The translations under genes were made by a program, and so were the position numbers. The notes beneath the pieces were generated by a model. The model was not told the origin of the DNA. It did not search any database and saw nothing but the letters and a program-made list of their open reading frames with translations. From the NCBI GenBank assembly GCA_022627495.1, contig JAKEGJ010000021.1, positions 78,612 through 142,611 of the forward strand: a stretch of 64,000 bases of DNA. The letters run 5' to 3'. The stretch comes from Candidatus Micrarchaeota archaeon. GTDB taxonomy: Archaea; Micrarchaeota; Micrarchaeia; Anstonellales; Bilamarchaeaceae. Each line of letters begins with the position of its first letter. The first letter of the stretch is position 1. Shown piece by piece: positions 37,083-46,351 of this stretch.

Positions 37083-38237
37083 ATGGCAGATGGGAAATTT
37101 AATGTCACCCCGTGGGAAGTCAGCGGGGAGATTGATTACGACAAGCTCATCAAGCAGTTCGGCACGAGCAGGCTGGACGCGGCGCTCCGGGAGAAGCTGA
37201 TACGCCTTTCCGGGGGCGACGAGCCGCACCACATGCTCCGGCGCGACTTCTTCTTCTCGCATCGGGATTTGGGGCCGGTGCTGAATGATATAGAGAAGGG
37301 GAAGGGATTTTTCCTCTACACCGGGCGGGGCCCAAGCAAGGCCATGCACATCGGCCACCTGGTGCCCCTGATATTCACCAAGTGGCTGCAGGACAGGTTC
37401 AAGTGCAACCTGTACATCGAGATAACGGATGACGAGAAGTTCTTGCACAAGCGCGAGTATGAGTGGGGCGAGATACAGAAAAACGCCGATGACAACATAC
37501 TCGACATCGCGGCAGTGGGATTTGACCCGGAGCGCACGTTCATCTTCAAGGACAGCGAGTACGTGCGGAACGTTTATCCGCTTCTCATGAAGACAGCCCG
37601 GAAAATCACAGGCTCGACAGCCAAGGCTGTGTTCGGGTTCGACGACTCGACCAATATAGGCATGCAGTTCTATCCGGCCTACCAGGTGGTACCGACCTTC
37701 TTCGAAAAGAAAAGATGCCTGATTCCGGCGGCAATAGACCAGGACCCGTATTGGAGAATCCAGAGGGACATAGCCGAGGGGCTCGGGTATTACAAGACTT
37801 CTGCAATCCACTGCAAGTTCCTCCCGCCCCTGCAGGGGATTTCGGGGAAGATGAGTTCCAGCGCCGGCGCTGAGACCGCCATATTGCTGACGGATGATGA
37901 GAAGGCGGTGAAGAACAAGGTAAACAAGTACGCGTTTTCCGGAGGGCAGCCGACTGTCGAGGAGCACCGGGCCAAGGGCGGCAACCCGGACATCGATGTG
38001 CCGTACCAATGGCTGAGCATACTGTTCGAACCCGACGATGCGAAACTCAAAACCATCCATGACGACTACCGGGCGGGAAAACTCCTGACCGGGGAACTCA
38101 AGGGAATCCTCATCGAGCGCATCAACGGCTTCCTCAAGGAGCACCGCGAGAGGCGGAAGAAGGCCGAGAGCGAGGTCGGGCGGTTCATGAAGACCGGGAA
38201 GCTGGCGCGCGCAATGTGGGAACGCATCCATGAGTAG
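37083..38237 (+). CDS. trpS: Tryptophan--tRNA ligase (archaeal type)
   Basis: VTPWEV, IDYDKLIKQFG, YTGRGPS, HIGH, AIDQDPY, KMSSS, YAFSGG. Confidence 0.97.
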   Translation: MADGKFNVTPWEVSGEIDYDKLIKQFGTSRLDAALREKLIRLSGGDEPHHMLRRDFFFSHRDLGPVLNDIEKGKGFFLYTGRGPSKAMHIGHLVPLIFTKWLQDRFKCNLYIEITDDEKFLHKREYEWGEIQKNADDNILDIAAVGFDPERTFIFKDSEYVRNVYPLLMKTARKITGSTAKAVFGFDDSTNIGMQFYPAYQVVPTFFEKKRCLIPAAIDQDPYWRIQRDIAEGLGYYKTSAIHCKFLPPLQGISGKMSSSAGAETAILLTDDEKAVKNKVNKYAFSGGQPTVEEHRAKGGNPDIDVPYQWLSILFEPDDAKLKTIHDDYRAGKLLTGELKGILIERINGFLKEHRERRKKAESEVGRFMKTGKLARAMWERIHE

Positions 38238-38249
38238 GGGGGCGGACTG

Positions 38250-38708
38250 ATGGGCAGGAGAAGGATTCCGACTGGGACGCCGATTTCCAAAGCCCTCGCA
38301 TGCGGCATGCTTGAGGATGGGGGACGCGTGCTGTTTTTAGTAAGGAGGGACGCGAACGGCGCCGAGCGCATAGAGATGCCGTGCGTCCTGGTGCCATCCG
38401 GCCGGAGCCCGTTCGCGGACATAAAGGAGGCGTTCGGCAGGCTGACCGGCATCGCCGACTGCCAGGTGCATGAGGCGGCGCTTGAAGGCAGGTTCAACTC
38501 CGGCTCCAGGAAGAGGCGGTTCTGGGTCCCGGTCCTCGCGTTCCGGATCACTGCAAGGGAAAGGCGCGCGAAGCCCGCGCCGGAGTTCTCCGGCTTCCGG
38601 TGGCTTTCACTTGAAGAAGCCCTGAAGCAGAGGATTTCGCGGAACCTGGAATGGCTGAGGATGGCTAGGAAAGCAGGAGAAGAAAGACCGCCGAAGATAG
38701 AAGGATGA
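38250..38708 (+). CDS. Degenerate Nudix-fold protein
   Basis: GRVLFLVR...EMP...AFGRLTGI...FRWLSLEEA layout; canonical Nudix-box glutamates missing. Confidence 0.55.
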   Translation: MGRRRIPTGTPISKALACGMLEDGGRVLFLVRRDANGAERIEMPCVLVPSGRSPFADIKEAFGRLTGIADCQVHEAALEGRFNSGSRKRRFWVPVLAFRITARERRAKPAPEFSGFRWLSLEEALKQRISRNLEWLRMARKAGEERPPKIEG

Positions 38709-39393
38709 GGAATGCGCCGAGGGCCATGCTCGCCAGGGCCTTCGCGTTCATCGCGCCCCTTTGGCCATGAACGTTTATCTCGAGAGGATAATCGAGGGTC
38801 CCTGAGATTTTATCGCTCCGCGGGGCCGCCGGGTCCAGGACGACAGTGGCCTCGGCGCCGACTTGGAGGCAGTGCTCGGAGATGCGCAGCGCGCCATTCA
38901 GGTAAGTTTTCAGCTTCTCTTTGGCCCCGGGAAGGGACAGTACCGCCCTCAGTGCCGATTCGTCCATAATCTCAGCCGGGCTGATTTCGCTAGTCACATC
39001 CGCTATCGCGCGGAACTGGCGGATGCGGGGCCCGATGCTGTCAAAGAGGCCGGGTTTCGGGCGGACATACCCCTCGAACCGGTCCGGAGGCGAAAGCGAG
39101 AAGGAGGCGTGCGTGGGGTCGACGGGGCGGTCATCTATTTTGAACATGGCCTGGGACTCGTAGGAATAAACCTCCTTCCAGGGTGTTGTCCCCCTCTGGT
39201 AATATTCGACCACCACCCGGGAATAAACGCATTTGCGCTTGCCAATCGGGCTTTCGATTGGCTCGCTGCACCCTACGGCCCCGGTTACGGAATCTGTTGG
39301 GCCCGCCCTACGCCTGACGCCCCGGTAGACCAGGTAGGCGCCACCGGCAAAGAGTATCAGCGGGAAAACTGCTGCCGCCAGGATTTCCTCCAT
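38665..39393 (-). CDS. GIDE-like membrane protein (paralogue 1)
   Basis: N- and C-terminal TMs; IESPIGKRKCVY, LRISEHCLQVG. Confidence 0.55.
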   Translation of the reverse strand: MEEILAAAVFPLILFAGGAYLVYRGVRRRAGPTDSVTGAVGCSEPIESPIGKRKCVYSRVVVEYYQRGTTPWKEVYSYESQAMFKIDDRPVDPTHASFSLSPPDRFEGYVRPKPGLFDSIGPRIRQFRAIADVTSEISPAEIMDESALRAVLSLPGAKEKLKTYLNGALRISEHCLQVGAEATVVLDPAAPRSDKISGTLDYPLEINVHGQRGAMNAKALASMALGAFLILLSSAVFLLLLS

Positions 39394-39424
39394 GGCATGA
39401 TGTTACAGGAACATATATTTAAGC

Positions 39425-40288
39425 TCACACCAGGCTGTCGGCGATGAAATAGATTATGGCAAGGGAAAGCGGCAGGAGGATTGCGCCTGCTGCGAGCGCG
39501 AAAATCGCGTCCTGGCGCATGTCCTTCACAAGCTGCGCCTCGGCCTCGTCCGATATGAGCAGTATCCCGGCTTCCTTCCCTTTGCCAAGGAGATGCTTTG
39601 GAGAGCCTGTCAGCGAACCGAGCGCGAAAATCGCGTCGCCCTCTTTGATGGCGTATTCCGTCATGGACAGGTTGCGGCGGGAGTGCCTCTCCATGGCAGC
39701 CTCGATTGCGGGATTCGCCTGGATAAAGGCCGCGACGCGCTTGTCGGGAATATGATGCGTGCCTTTACCGATGACCGACCCGCCGGATATCGCGCCTTCG
39801 ATGCTTTCGCGCAATGCGGAGCCGGCGTTCTTCGACGCGTGCATGATGGGCTCGGCCGCATCCGTCTTGGGGTTCTCCGGCGAATTGCTGTATAGGAATG
39901 ACGTGTGCGTCGGGCCTGAGCGGAGGTCCACATCCGCCCGGCCGGAGTCTATTCCGACAGACCCGCTGTCATCTTTTAGCGAGAATTGAATCGTTGATGA
40001 AGCGGATGCGATGATTTTGCTTTTCCAGTGGTACGGGTCGTGCTGGCGGACATACACCTTCCAGAATACGCAGCCGGCGCCCGAAAGGGGCGCCTGCAGC
40101 CCTGCCGCCCCCGCAGCATGCCCGGAAAGCTCCACCAGGCCGATTGCAGCCGAGGAGGCTTTGGACGTCGGGGTGTTCTCAATCTTCTGAACGATTGAAA
40201 ACGCCCTTGCGCCAAAGTAGAGCTTGAAGGCGCCGAAAAGAAGCAGCGCTGCCGGAAAGACGATCAGAAAACCATCGGCAAGGGACAT
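39425..40288 (-). CDS. GIDE-like membrane protein (paralogue 2)
   Basis: IENTPTSKASSAAIGLVELSG, LQAPLSGAGCVFW, FSLKDDSGSV, TEYAIKEGDAIFALG. Confidence 0.7.
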   Translation of the reverse strand: MSLADGFLIVFPAALLLFGAFKLYFGARAFSIVQKIENTPTSKASSAAIGLVELSGHAAGAAGLQAPLSGAGCVFWKVYVRQHDPYHWKSKIIASASSTIQFSLKDDSGSVGIDSGRADVDLRSGPTHTSFLYSNSPENPKTDAAEPIMHASKNAGSALRESIEGAISGGSVIGKGTHHIPDKRVAAFIQANPAIEAAMERHSRRNLSMTEYAIKEGDAIFALGSLTGSPKHLLGKGKEAGILLISDEAEAQLVKDMRQDAIFALAAGAILLPLSLAIIYFIADSLV

Positions 40289-40304
40289 GATGACCGTTCT
40301 TCAC

Positions 40305-40703
40305 TCAGACGAGCCTGAACTTGAATCCGTAGTGTATGAGGCCCTCCGGGTCGTCGCGCTGTATCACTCGGAACACGCGGTCCACGCGCGAGCCGATTTT
40401 CACGTCGTGGTTGTGCGCGTCCACGATCTGGCCGGTGAGCCTTGCCCCTTCATCCAGCTCTATCACAGCGAGGATGTAGGGAACCTGGTCCTCGAAGCCG
40501 TCCGGCGGGGCGGTGACCTCGGTGTAAGAATAGACTTTGCCCTTGCCTGAAAACTGGACTTCGCTGATTTTGCCCTTGCGCCTGCATTTGGGGCAAATGG
40601 CCCTTTTCGGGAAGTAAGCGGTATTGCACGCCTCGCAGCGGACGCCGACCATCCGGTAGCGTTCCGGAATGCGCCTCCAGGTGAGCGGGATTGATTCTTT
40701 CAT
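40305..40703 (-). CDS. Zn-ribbon/OB-fold DUF35 protein (thiolase-HMGS scaffold family)
   Basis: WRRIPERYRMVGVRCEACNTAYFPKRAICPKC; GKGKVYSYT; GLIHYGFKF. Confidence 0.92.
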   Translation of the reverse strand: MKESIPLTWRRIPERYRMVGVRCEACNTAYFPKRAICPKCRRKGKISEVQFSGKGKVYSYTEVTAPPDGFEDQVPYILAVIELDEGARLTGQIVDAHNHDVKIGSRVDRVFRVIQRDDPEGLIHYGFKFRLV

Positions 40704-40863
40704 TTGAAAACCTCGTTCTTCTCTCGTTGTCTGTACAATAGGGATAGCTATGAAACCGAATTAAAATGTTGCGCAATGAGGCCGGCTCTGCTCCCGGCGA
40801 GCGGATGACGCCCGACCATAGCGCGGGGCGTTCCGTGAAGCCCCGCCAAAAGCCGTTGCATGC

Positions 40864-41388
40864 TCATTTTCGCATGAGCCGTGCGCGGTATTCCTTATAT
40901 GCAGTCGGCACGCCCCTGACGCTTTCCCCCCGGGATACGGCCCATGCGAGGAACGATTCTATGTCATGGAGGTCGCTCTCGGCCTTGTGGCTGCGCCGGT
41001 AGAACCGCACGATTGAGCGCAGCGTAATCCCGAGGTCGGCCGCCTCCTGCCTGCAGAGGGAGGCAAGGGCTGCGAGAACGCTTGGCTTGACCTTGTACCT
41101 TTTCTGGAGTTTTGCGAACACGAGGGCGTCTATGTCCCTGCCCGTCTTGTCTTTCAGCATTTTGACGGCAAGCAGGAGGCCCGCCGCTGCACGCTGGTCG
41201 TATCCCAGCGCCCTAAGTTCCTGAGCTACCTTAGGCGGACAGGAAAGGAGGCCGCTTCCCAGGCCCACGGTATAATCGAGCGGGAAGGTACGGATGTTCG
41301 AAAATGCGTCCTGCGGCTTCATTGCCGCAAGGTCGAACTCGTCCTCAGCCAGCAGCTTTTTTCCCAAGAATCTCTGCGGTACGGCCAT
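40864..41388 (-). CDS. Hypothetical protein (basic, helical)
   Basis: 174-aa ORF with GGTGGGGG RBS-like sequence; third of three tandem ORFs. Confidence 0.55.
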   Translation of the reverse strand: MAVPQRFLGKKLLAEDEFDLAAMKPQDAFSNIRTFPLDYTVGLGSGLLSCPPKVAQELRALGYDQRAAAGLLLAVKMLKDKTGRDIDALVFAKLQKRYKVKPSVLAALASLCRQEAADLGITLRSIVRFYRRSHKAESDLHDIESFLAWAVSRGESVRGVPTAYKEYRARLMRK

Positions 41389-41400
41389 GTGCCCCCACCC

Positions 41401-41985
41401 TCACTGCTCGTTCTTATCCGGATTCGCCGGCTTTCTCTGCATGACGGGCGGCAAAGGCGCCCTCGGGATTCCGTTAGCCTGATTCTGCATCCATTCGGGC
41501 CCGCTTCTGGGATAGTAAGGATTTCGCTGCTGGGCTTGCATGTTTGGACGGAACTGGTTTCCAGGGGCCCCCTGAATCCGGGCGGGCTCGCTGACAAGGG
41601 CGTAGGGGTTTCGCTGCATAGGATGCGGAGGCGTCCAGGGCATGCCGGTGTGCCGGCGCTGAATCGGGATTGCGGTGCTGCTTGCAGGGGGCTGCTGCCG
41701 TATCGGCTGCTGCTGCATGGTGAAATCCTGCTGCAACGCGCGGGGCGGCGCGGGCATATGGCCCGGAGGCGGGGGGGGCGGCAGGATGACTTTCGGTGCA
41801 TCTGCCGGGGACATGCACGCCCCGGCCTGCCGGTGCGCGGAAAAGGCTGGGGGCGCCGAAGGCTGGCCCATGATGACGCGGCCCGAGTCCTGAGGTTCGG
41901 GTACGGAGGGTGCGGACGTTTCCAGGGCTTCGTCTATCATTTTTGCAAGCATCGCCGCGGAGATTTTGCCGGGACCCATGCTCAT
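41401..41985 (-). CDS. Pro/Gln-rich low-complexity hypothetical protein
   Basis: 194 aa, poly-Pro and QQQP runs; start overlaps the upstream stop (ATGA). Confidence 0.5.
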   Translation of the reverse strand: MSMGPGKISAAMLAKMIDEALETSAPSVPEPQDSGRVIMGQPSAPPAFSAHRQAGACMSPADAPKVILPPPPPPGHMPAPPRALQQDFTMQQQPIRQQPPASSTAIPIQRRHTGMPWTPPHPMQRNPYALVSEPARIQGAPGNQFRPNMQAQQRNPYYPRSGPEWMQNQANGIPRAPLPPVMQRKPANPDKNEQ

Positions 41986-42371
41986 GACACCGTATTTCCG
42001 GCCGATGCAGGCGCTTCCATCTGCCGCTTGACGTTTTCCATGTTGAGGTCTATCATTTCGAGCTTGAGCATTTCGCCTTCTACGATGGCGTCTATCTCAG
42101 CGAGCTTCGCCCGGATTGCCTTTTTCCTGAGAGCGTTCTCCTCCTTTGCCAGCTCCAGCTGTTCAACGACATCGCGGTCAGCCTTTATGCGGTCTATCGT
42201 CCGTTCGACCATTTTCCTGCTCGTTTTCAGCTGCTTGAGGGTCATCTGCATCTGCTGCGCCCTCAGGCGGTTCTGTTCCTCTGCCGCCTTCTTCTGGGCT
42301 TCCATCATCGCTTTCATCCTCTGGTTCATTTCCTTCGCCTGTTCTTCAGTCGGTTCTTTTGCAGGTTCCAT
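41982..42371 (-). CDS. Coiled-coil hypothetical protein
   Basis: E/K/Q/M-rich heptad sequence. Confidence 0.65.
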   Translation of the reverse strand: MEPAKEPTEEQAKEMNQRMKAMMEAQKKAAEEQNRLRAQQMQMTLKQLKTSRKMVERTIDRIKADRDVVEQLELAKEENALRKKAIRAKLAEIDAIVEGEMLKLEMIDLNMENVKRQMEAPASAGNTVS

Positions 42372-42467
42372 AGCAATCAACCCTAAATTTCCTTAAATCC
42401 GGGAGGCAGGAAGCCCCGGGTTGCCAGCTTAATCCGGCGTATTCCGTTTCAATGCCATGCCTCTTAA

Positions 42468-43121
42468 TTATTTCCCCGCTCCGGCCGATTTCGAATAATC
42501 CTCCTTGAACTGCGCGATGCCCTTGTCCGTCAGCGGGTGGCGGAACATCTTCTCGAAGACCTCTGCCGGCATCGTTGCGATGTGCGCCCCCAGCCTTGCA
42601 GAATCGACAACGTGCATGGGGTGCCGGATTGACGCCACGATGATTTCGGTCTTGTAGTCATATGCCCGGAAGATTTCGAGGATATCGGCAATCAGCTGCA
42701 TGCCGTCCTCGGAAATGTCGTCCAGCCTGCCTACGAATGGGGAGACGTATGTGGCGCCCGCCTTGGCAGCCAGAAGCGCCTGCGATGCGGAGAAGATGAG
42801 GGTGACGTTCGTGTCTATGCCCTGGGCGCTGAGGCGGCGGACGGCCTTCATACCCTCCTTTGTCATGGGGATTTTCACCACGATGTTCGGGGCCCATTTC
42901 GAGAACTCCTCGCCCTCCTTGACCATGCCGTCGGCCGTGTCCGCGATGCCCTCGACGCTTATCGGCCCCTTGACGATTTTTGCGATTTCCTTTATGACGG
43001 CCTTCTGGGCCTTCCCGGACTTCATAATCAGCGTCGGGTTGGTCGTCACGCCGTCGCACATGCCCAGCTCTGCAGCTTTCCTGATTGATTCCACATCTGC
43101 CGTGTCAATGAAGAATTTCAT
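42468..43121 (-). CDS. tal: Transaldolase / fructose-6-phosphate aldolase (short form)
   Basis: [49 protein letters not shown]. Confidence 0.95.
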   Translation of the reverse strand: MKFFIDTADVESIRKAAELGMCDGVTTNPTLIMKSGKAQKAVIKEIAKIVKGPISVEGIADTADGMVKEGEEFSKWAPNIVVKIPMTKEGMKAVRRLSAQGIDTNVTLIFSASQALLAAKAGATYVSPFVGRLDDISEDGMQLIADILEIFRAYDYKTEIIVASIRHPMHVVDSARLGAHIATMPAEVFEKMFRHPLTDKGIAQFKEDYSKSAGAGK

Positions 43122-43190
43122 GATTCGCACCCGCTTGAATGTGTAATGGATGGGAAATAACTAAAAAATAGGCGGGAGGCGCGATATCCT

Positions 43191-43556
43191 CTAGTACATG
43201 ATGCAGGTGCAGTTCTCAGATGCGGGCTTGATGTTCTGATTGCGGCAATATTCCCCGCAATACGGCGGAACCGGCGGATTCGTAAGGCAGGGGTCTTCAG
43301 TCTGGAGTCCGAGCGCGCCAAGGAGAGGCGAGGTGACGATATAGGTAACTATCGAGATGAATGCGATAACCAGGATTGCAGCGCCGGCAAGCCACAGACG
43401 CGTTTTTTTAGAAGCCTTCGGCTTGCCGCCGTTCCAGAAGTAATTGGCGATGAAAAGGAAGACGCTTAGGATTATGCAAATCATGGCGAATGCGCCAAGG
43501 AACGTTTTCGAATTACTGCATAATTGCGTGAGGGCTTCATCCAGCATGCGAATCAC
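43191..43556 (-). CDS. Two-TM membrane protein with Cys-rich C-terminus
   Basis: 121-aa ORF, two hydrophobic helices, four C-terminal Cys. Confidence 0.6.
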   Translation of the reverse strand: MIRMLDEALTQLCSNSKTFLGAFAMICIILSVFLFIANYFWNGGKPKASKKTRLWLAGAAILVIAFISIVTYIVTSPLLGALGLQTEDPCLTNPPVPPYCGEYCRNQNIKPASENCTCIMY

Positions 43557-43562
43557 TAGGGA

Positions 43563-44561
43563 TTATTCACTGCTTTTCAGTTTTACTGCTTCTTCCGCGG
43601 CTTTGGCGATTGCCGCTGCATCGATGCCGTATTTCCGGTAAAGCTCGGCGCAGTTTCCGGACTCGCCGAAGGAATCCTTCACTCCGACGCGCACAAGCGG
43701 GGCGGGATGGAGCTCGCAGAGAACCTCGGCAATCGCACTCCCGAGGCCGCCATTGACCTGGTGGTCCTCTGCAGAGACGAGCGCCTTGCACTGCTTCGCG
43801 TAGCGGACAATGGTTTCGCGGTCGATGGGCTTTATTGAATGCATGTCGATTACTGCCGCTTCGATGCCCTTCTTCTTCAGCTCCTCGGCAGCCTTGAGCG
43901 CCTCGAACACCTGCAGGCCGCATGCGAAAATGGCCACGTCCTTGGCGTCACGGTAAACGTTCGCTTTGCCGATTTCGAACGGGGTTTGGGGGGTCGTGAA
44001 TACGGGCGTGTTCTCGCGGGATGTGCGGATGTAAGCCGGGGTCTTCAGGGCTGCGGCCGCAATCGTGGCTTTTTTCGCCTGCTCCAAATCGCACGGAACA
44101 AGAACGGTCATGTTCGGAAGCGCGCGCATCATGGCGATGTCTTCCAGAATCTGGTGCGACGCGCCGTCAGGACCGACACTTAGACCCGCATGCGACGCAT
44201 GTATCTTGACATTAAGGTTGCTGTAGCAGACAGAGACGCGTATCTGGTCGAAGTTGCGCCCCGGCGAGAACGCTGCGAACGCGGAAATGAACGCCTTCTT
44301 GCCGCATGCAGCTATGCCTGCGGCCACGCCTGCGAGGTTCTGCTCTGCCACCCCGACCTGCACGAAGCGGCCGGGGAATTTCTCCGCGAACCAATGGGTG
44401 CGCGTGCTTTCCGAGACGTCAGCGGTCAGGGCCCACACGTTCTGGTCCTTTTCGCCAAGTTCGGCAAGCGCCTTCCCGAAGCCGTCGCGGCTGGCTTTCT
44501 TGGGGACTGCGGCGGCAAATACATCCGGAACCAAGTTAGCGCTAGTCGGATTGCCTTCCAT
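43563..44561 (-). CDS. tktB: Transketolase, C-terminal subunit
   Basis: VGVAEQNL, GPDGASHQ, HSIKPID, EDHQVNGGLGSA, DSFGESG. Confidence 0.93.
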   Translation of the reverse strand: MEGNPTSANLVPDVFAAAVPKKASRDGFGKALAELGEKDQNVWALTADVSESTRTHWFAEKFPGRFVQVGVAEQNLAGVAAGIAACGKKAFISAFAAFSPGRNFDQIRVSVCYSNLNVKIHASHAGLSVGPDGASHQILEDIAMMRALPNMTVLVPCDLEQAKKATIAAAALKTPAYIRTSRENTPVFTTPQTPFEIGKANVYRDAKDVAIFACGLQVFEALKAAEELKKKGIEAAVIDMHSIKPIDRETIVRYAKQCKALVSAEDHQVNGGLGSAIAEVLCELHPAPLVRVGVKDSFGESGNCAELYRKYGIDAAAIAKAAEEAVKLKSSE

Positions 44562-45455
44562 TCACATCGCCTCCAGTTTCTTCCTCTCTTCGGCAAGCTC
44601 CTTGAGGGCGAGTTCGCCTTCCTCCTTGTTCGGGCTCTTTCCGTGCCAGCCGAATTTCTTCTCCATGAACGAGACGCCCTTGCCGCTTATGGTGTTAGCG
44701 ATTATGACTGACGGCTTGTCCGCGCAGGACTGAGCCATGCTGAACGCATGGAGCACGGCGTTGATGTTGTTGCCATCGACAACGACTACGTTCCATCCAA
44801 ATGAGCTGAACTTCTCGGATAGCGGCTCCAGCGGAAGAACGTCGTCGCTCGTCCCGTCTATCTGGATGTTGTTCCGGTCGATTATCGCGACAAGGTTGTC
44901 GAGCGAGTATTTCGATGCGAGGAGGCAGGCCTCCCAGACCTGGCCTTCGTCCAGTTCGCCATCGCCCAGAAGCGCATACACCCGCCAGTCCTGGTTTTCC
45001 CGCTTCCCGACAAGAGCCATCCCGACGGCCTGCGATATCCCCTGGCCAAGCGGGCCTGAGGAGTTTTCAATTCCGGGCAGCGACCCTACGTGCGGATGGC
45101 CCTGCAGGGGCGAACCCAGCTTCCGCAGCGTGAGCAGGTGCTCTTTCGGGAAATAGCCTGCCTCTGCCAGAGCCGCATAAAGCACCGGGCAGATGTGGCC
45201 GTTGGAAAGCACCACGCGGTCGCGCTCCTTCCATGAGGGATTCGTTGGGTCGTGCCGCAGGACGCCGAAATAAAGCGCCGTGAAAACTTCGGCCATGCCC
45301 AATGAGCCGGCCGGGTGGCCGCTTTTGGCTTCGACCAGCATCCTGATTACGCTCTGGCGTATCGAATTCGCCGCCAAAGGCAGCCGCTTCATGTCCGTCC
45401 TGATTTCCTTCAACAGTGGGTCAGTGGGGCCTATGGGAACACCCTTTCTGCGCAC
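44562..45455 (-). CDS. tktA: Transketolase, N-terminal subunit
   Basis: SGHPAGSLG, RDRVVLSNGH, LQGHP, SGPLGQG, GDGELDEGQVWEA. Confidence 0.93.
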   Translation of the reverse strand: MRRKGVPIGPTDPLLKEIRTDMKRLPLAANSIRQSVIRMLVEAKSGHPAGSLGMAEVFTALYFGVLRHDPTNPSWKERDRVVLSNGHICPVLYAALAEAGYFPKEHLLTLRKLGSPLQGHPHVGSLPGIENSSGPLGQGISQAVGMALVGKRENQDWRVYALLGDGELDEGQVWEACLLASKYSLDNLVAIIDRNNIQIDGTSDDVLPLEPLSEKFSSFGWNVVVVDGNNINAVLHAFSMAQSCADKPSVIIANTISGKGVSFMEKKFGWHGKSPNKEEGELALKELAEERKKLEAM

Positions 45456-46071
45456 GCTCCTTGAGGTGCGCTATCGCGTCTTTGATGTTATCAGCTGCGA
45501 ATATGGCGCTTGCAGCCGCAAGCAGGTTGGCCCCGTTCGAGAACGCGTGGCCGACGGTCTCGTTGTTCACTCCGCCGTCAACTTCGATATCGAGCTTAGG
45601 AAACATCTCGCGGAGTTTCCTGACCTTGTGCTCCATCTCGTAGATATATTTCTGGCCGGAAAACCCGGGGCGCACGGTCATGACAAGCACGCGCTCGGCC
45701 TTCGGGACGAACGGAAGCAGCATCTCGATGGGGGTTTCGGGGTTGATTGCAAGGCCAAGGCGCCCTCCGACCCGCTTCACCGCGGCTTCGACAGCGTCGA
45801 GGGTGGTTATGGTCTCGACATGGACAAGGTGCATGTTCGGGCCAGGGATTTTTTCTATCCAGCGCTCCGGATGGTTCACCATCCAGTGGAATTCGTAAAG
45901 AGCAGGCGGCAAATCCGCAAGCTCGTTTAGCCCTATCGTCTTGTTCGGGACGAACTCGCCGTCCATGATGTCTATCTGGATTTCCCGCACCAGGCCCCGG
46001 ACCTGGGCGATGCGGCGGAGAAGGTCTTCCCGGCTCTTCACAAGGATGGCTGGTATGACCTCTGCCTCCAT
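45421..46071 (-). CDS. rpe: Ribulose-phosphate 3-epimerase
   Basis: IDIMDGEFVPN, HWMV, AINPETP, LVMTVRPGFSGQ, IEVDGGVN. Confidence 0.93.
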   Translation of the reverse strand: MEAEVIPAILVKSREDLLRRIAQVRGLVREIQIDIMDGEFVPNKTIGLNELADLPPALYEFHWMVNHPERWIEKIPGPNMHLVHVETITTLDAVEAAVKRVGGRLGLAINPETPIEMLLPFVPKAERVLVMTVRPGFSGQKYIYEMEHKVRKLREMFPKLDIEVDGGVNNETVGHAFSNGANLLAAASAIFAADNIKDAIAHLKERAQKGCSHRPH

Positions 46072-46351
46072 AAGCATTACCTGTTTCCCGCCGCCGGCAT
46101 CCAGCCTTCCGCCTTCCGGCAATCCGGAACCGGAAACTGGAAACCGAAAACGCAATTTCGGGCTCCCGCCAGCCCGATGGATAACGATAGGCGGCTGAGG
46201 CTTTTTAATGTTTGCGAAATAATCGACGGAAGAGGGGGTGGCGGGGGCGGTCCTTTGCGGGAATGCGGCCGCGAAAACAGACAGTATTTAAGTTTAAGCG
46301 GGGGGAGGGTAAATCCATGAGCGGGTGCCCTGATGGTGCGTCGGTAATGGG

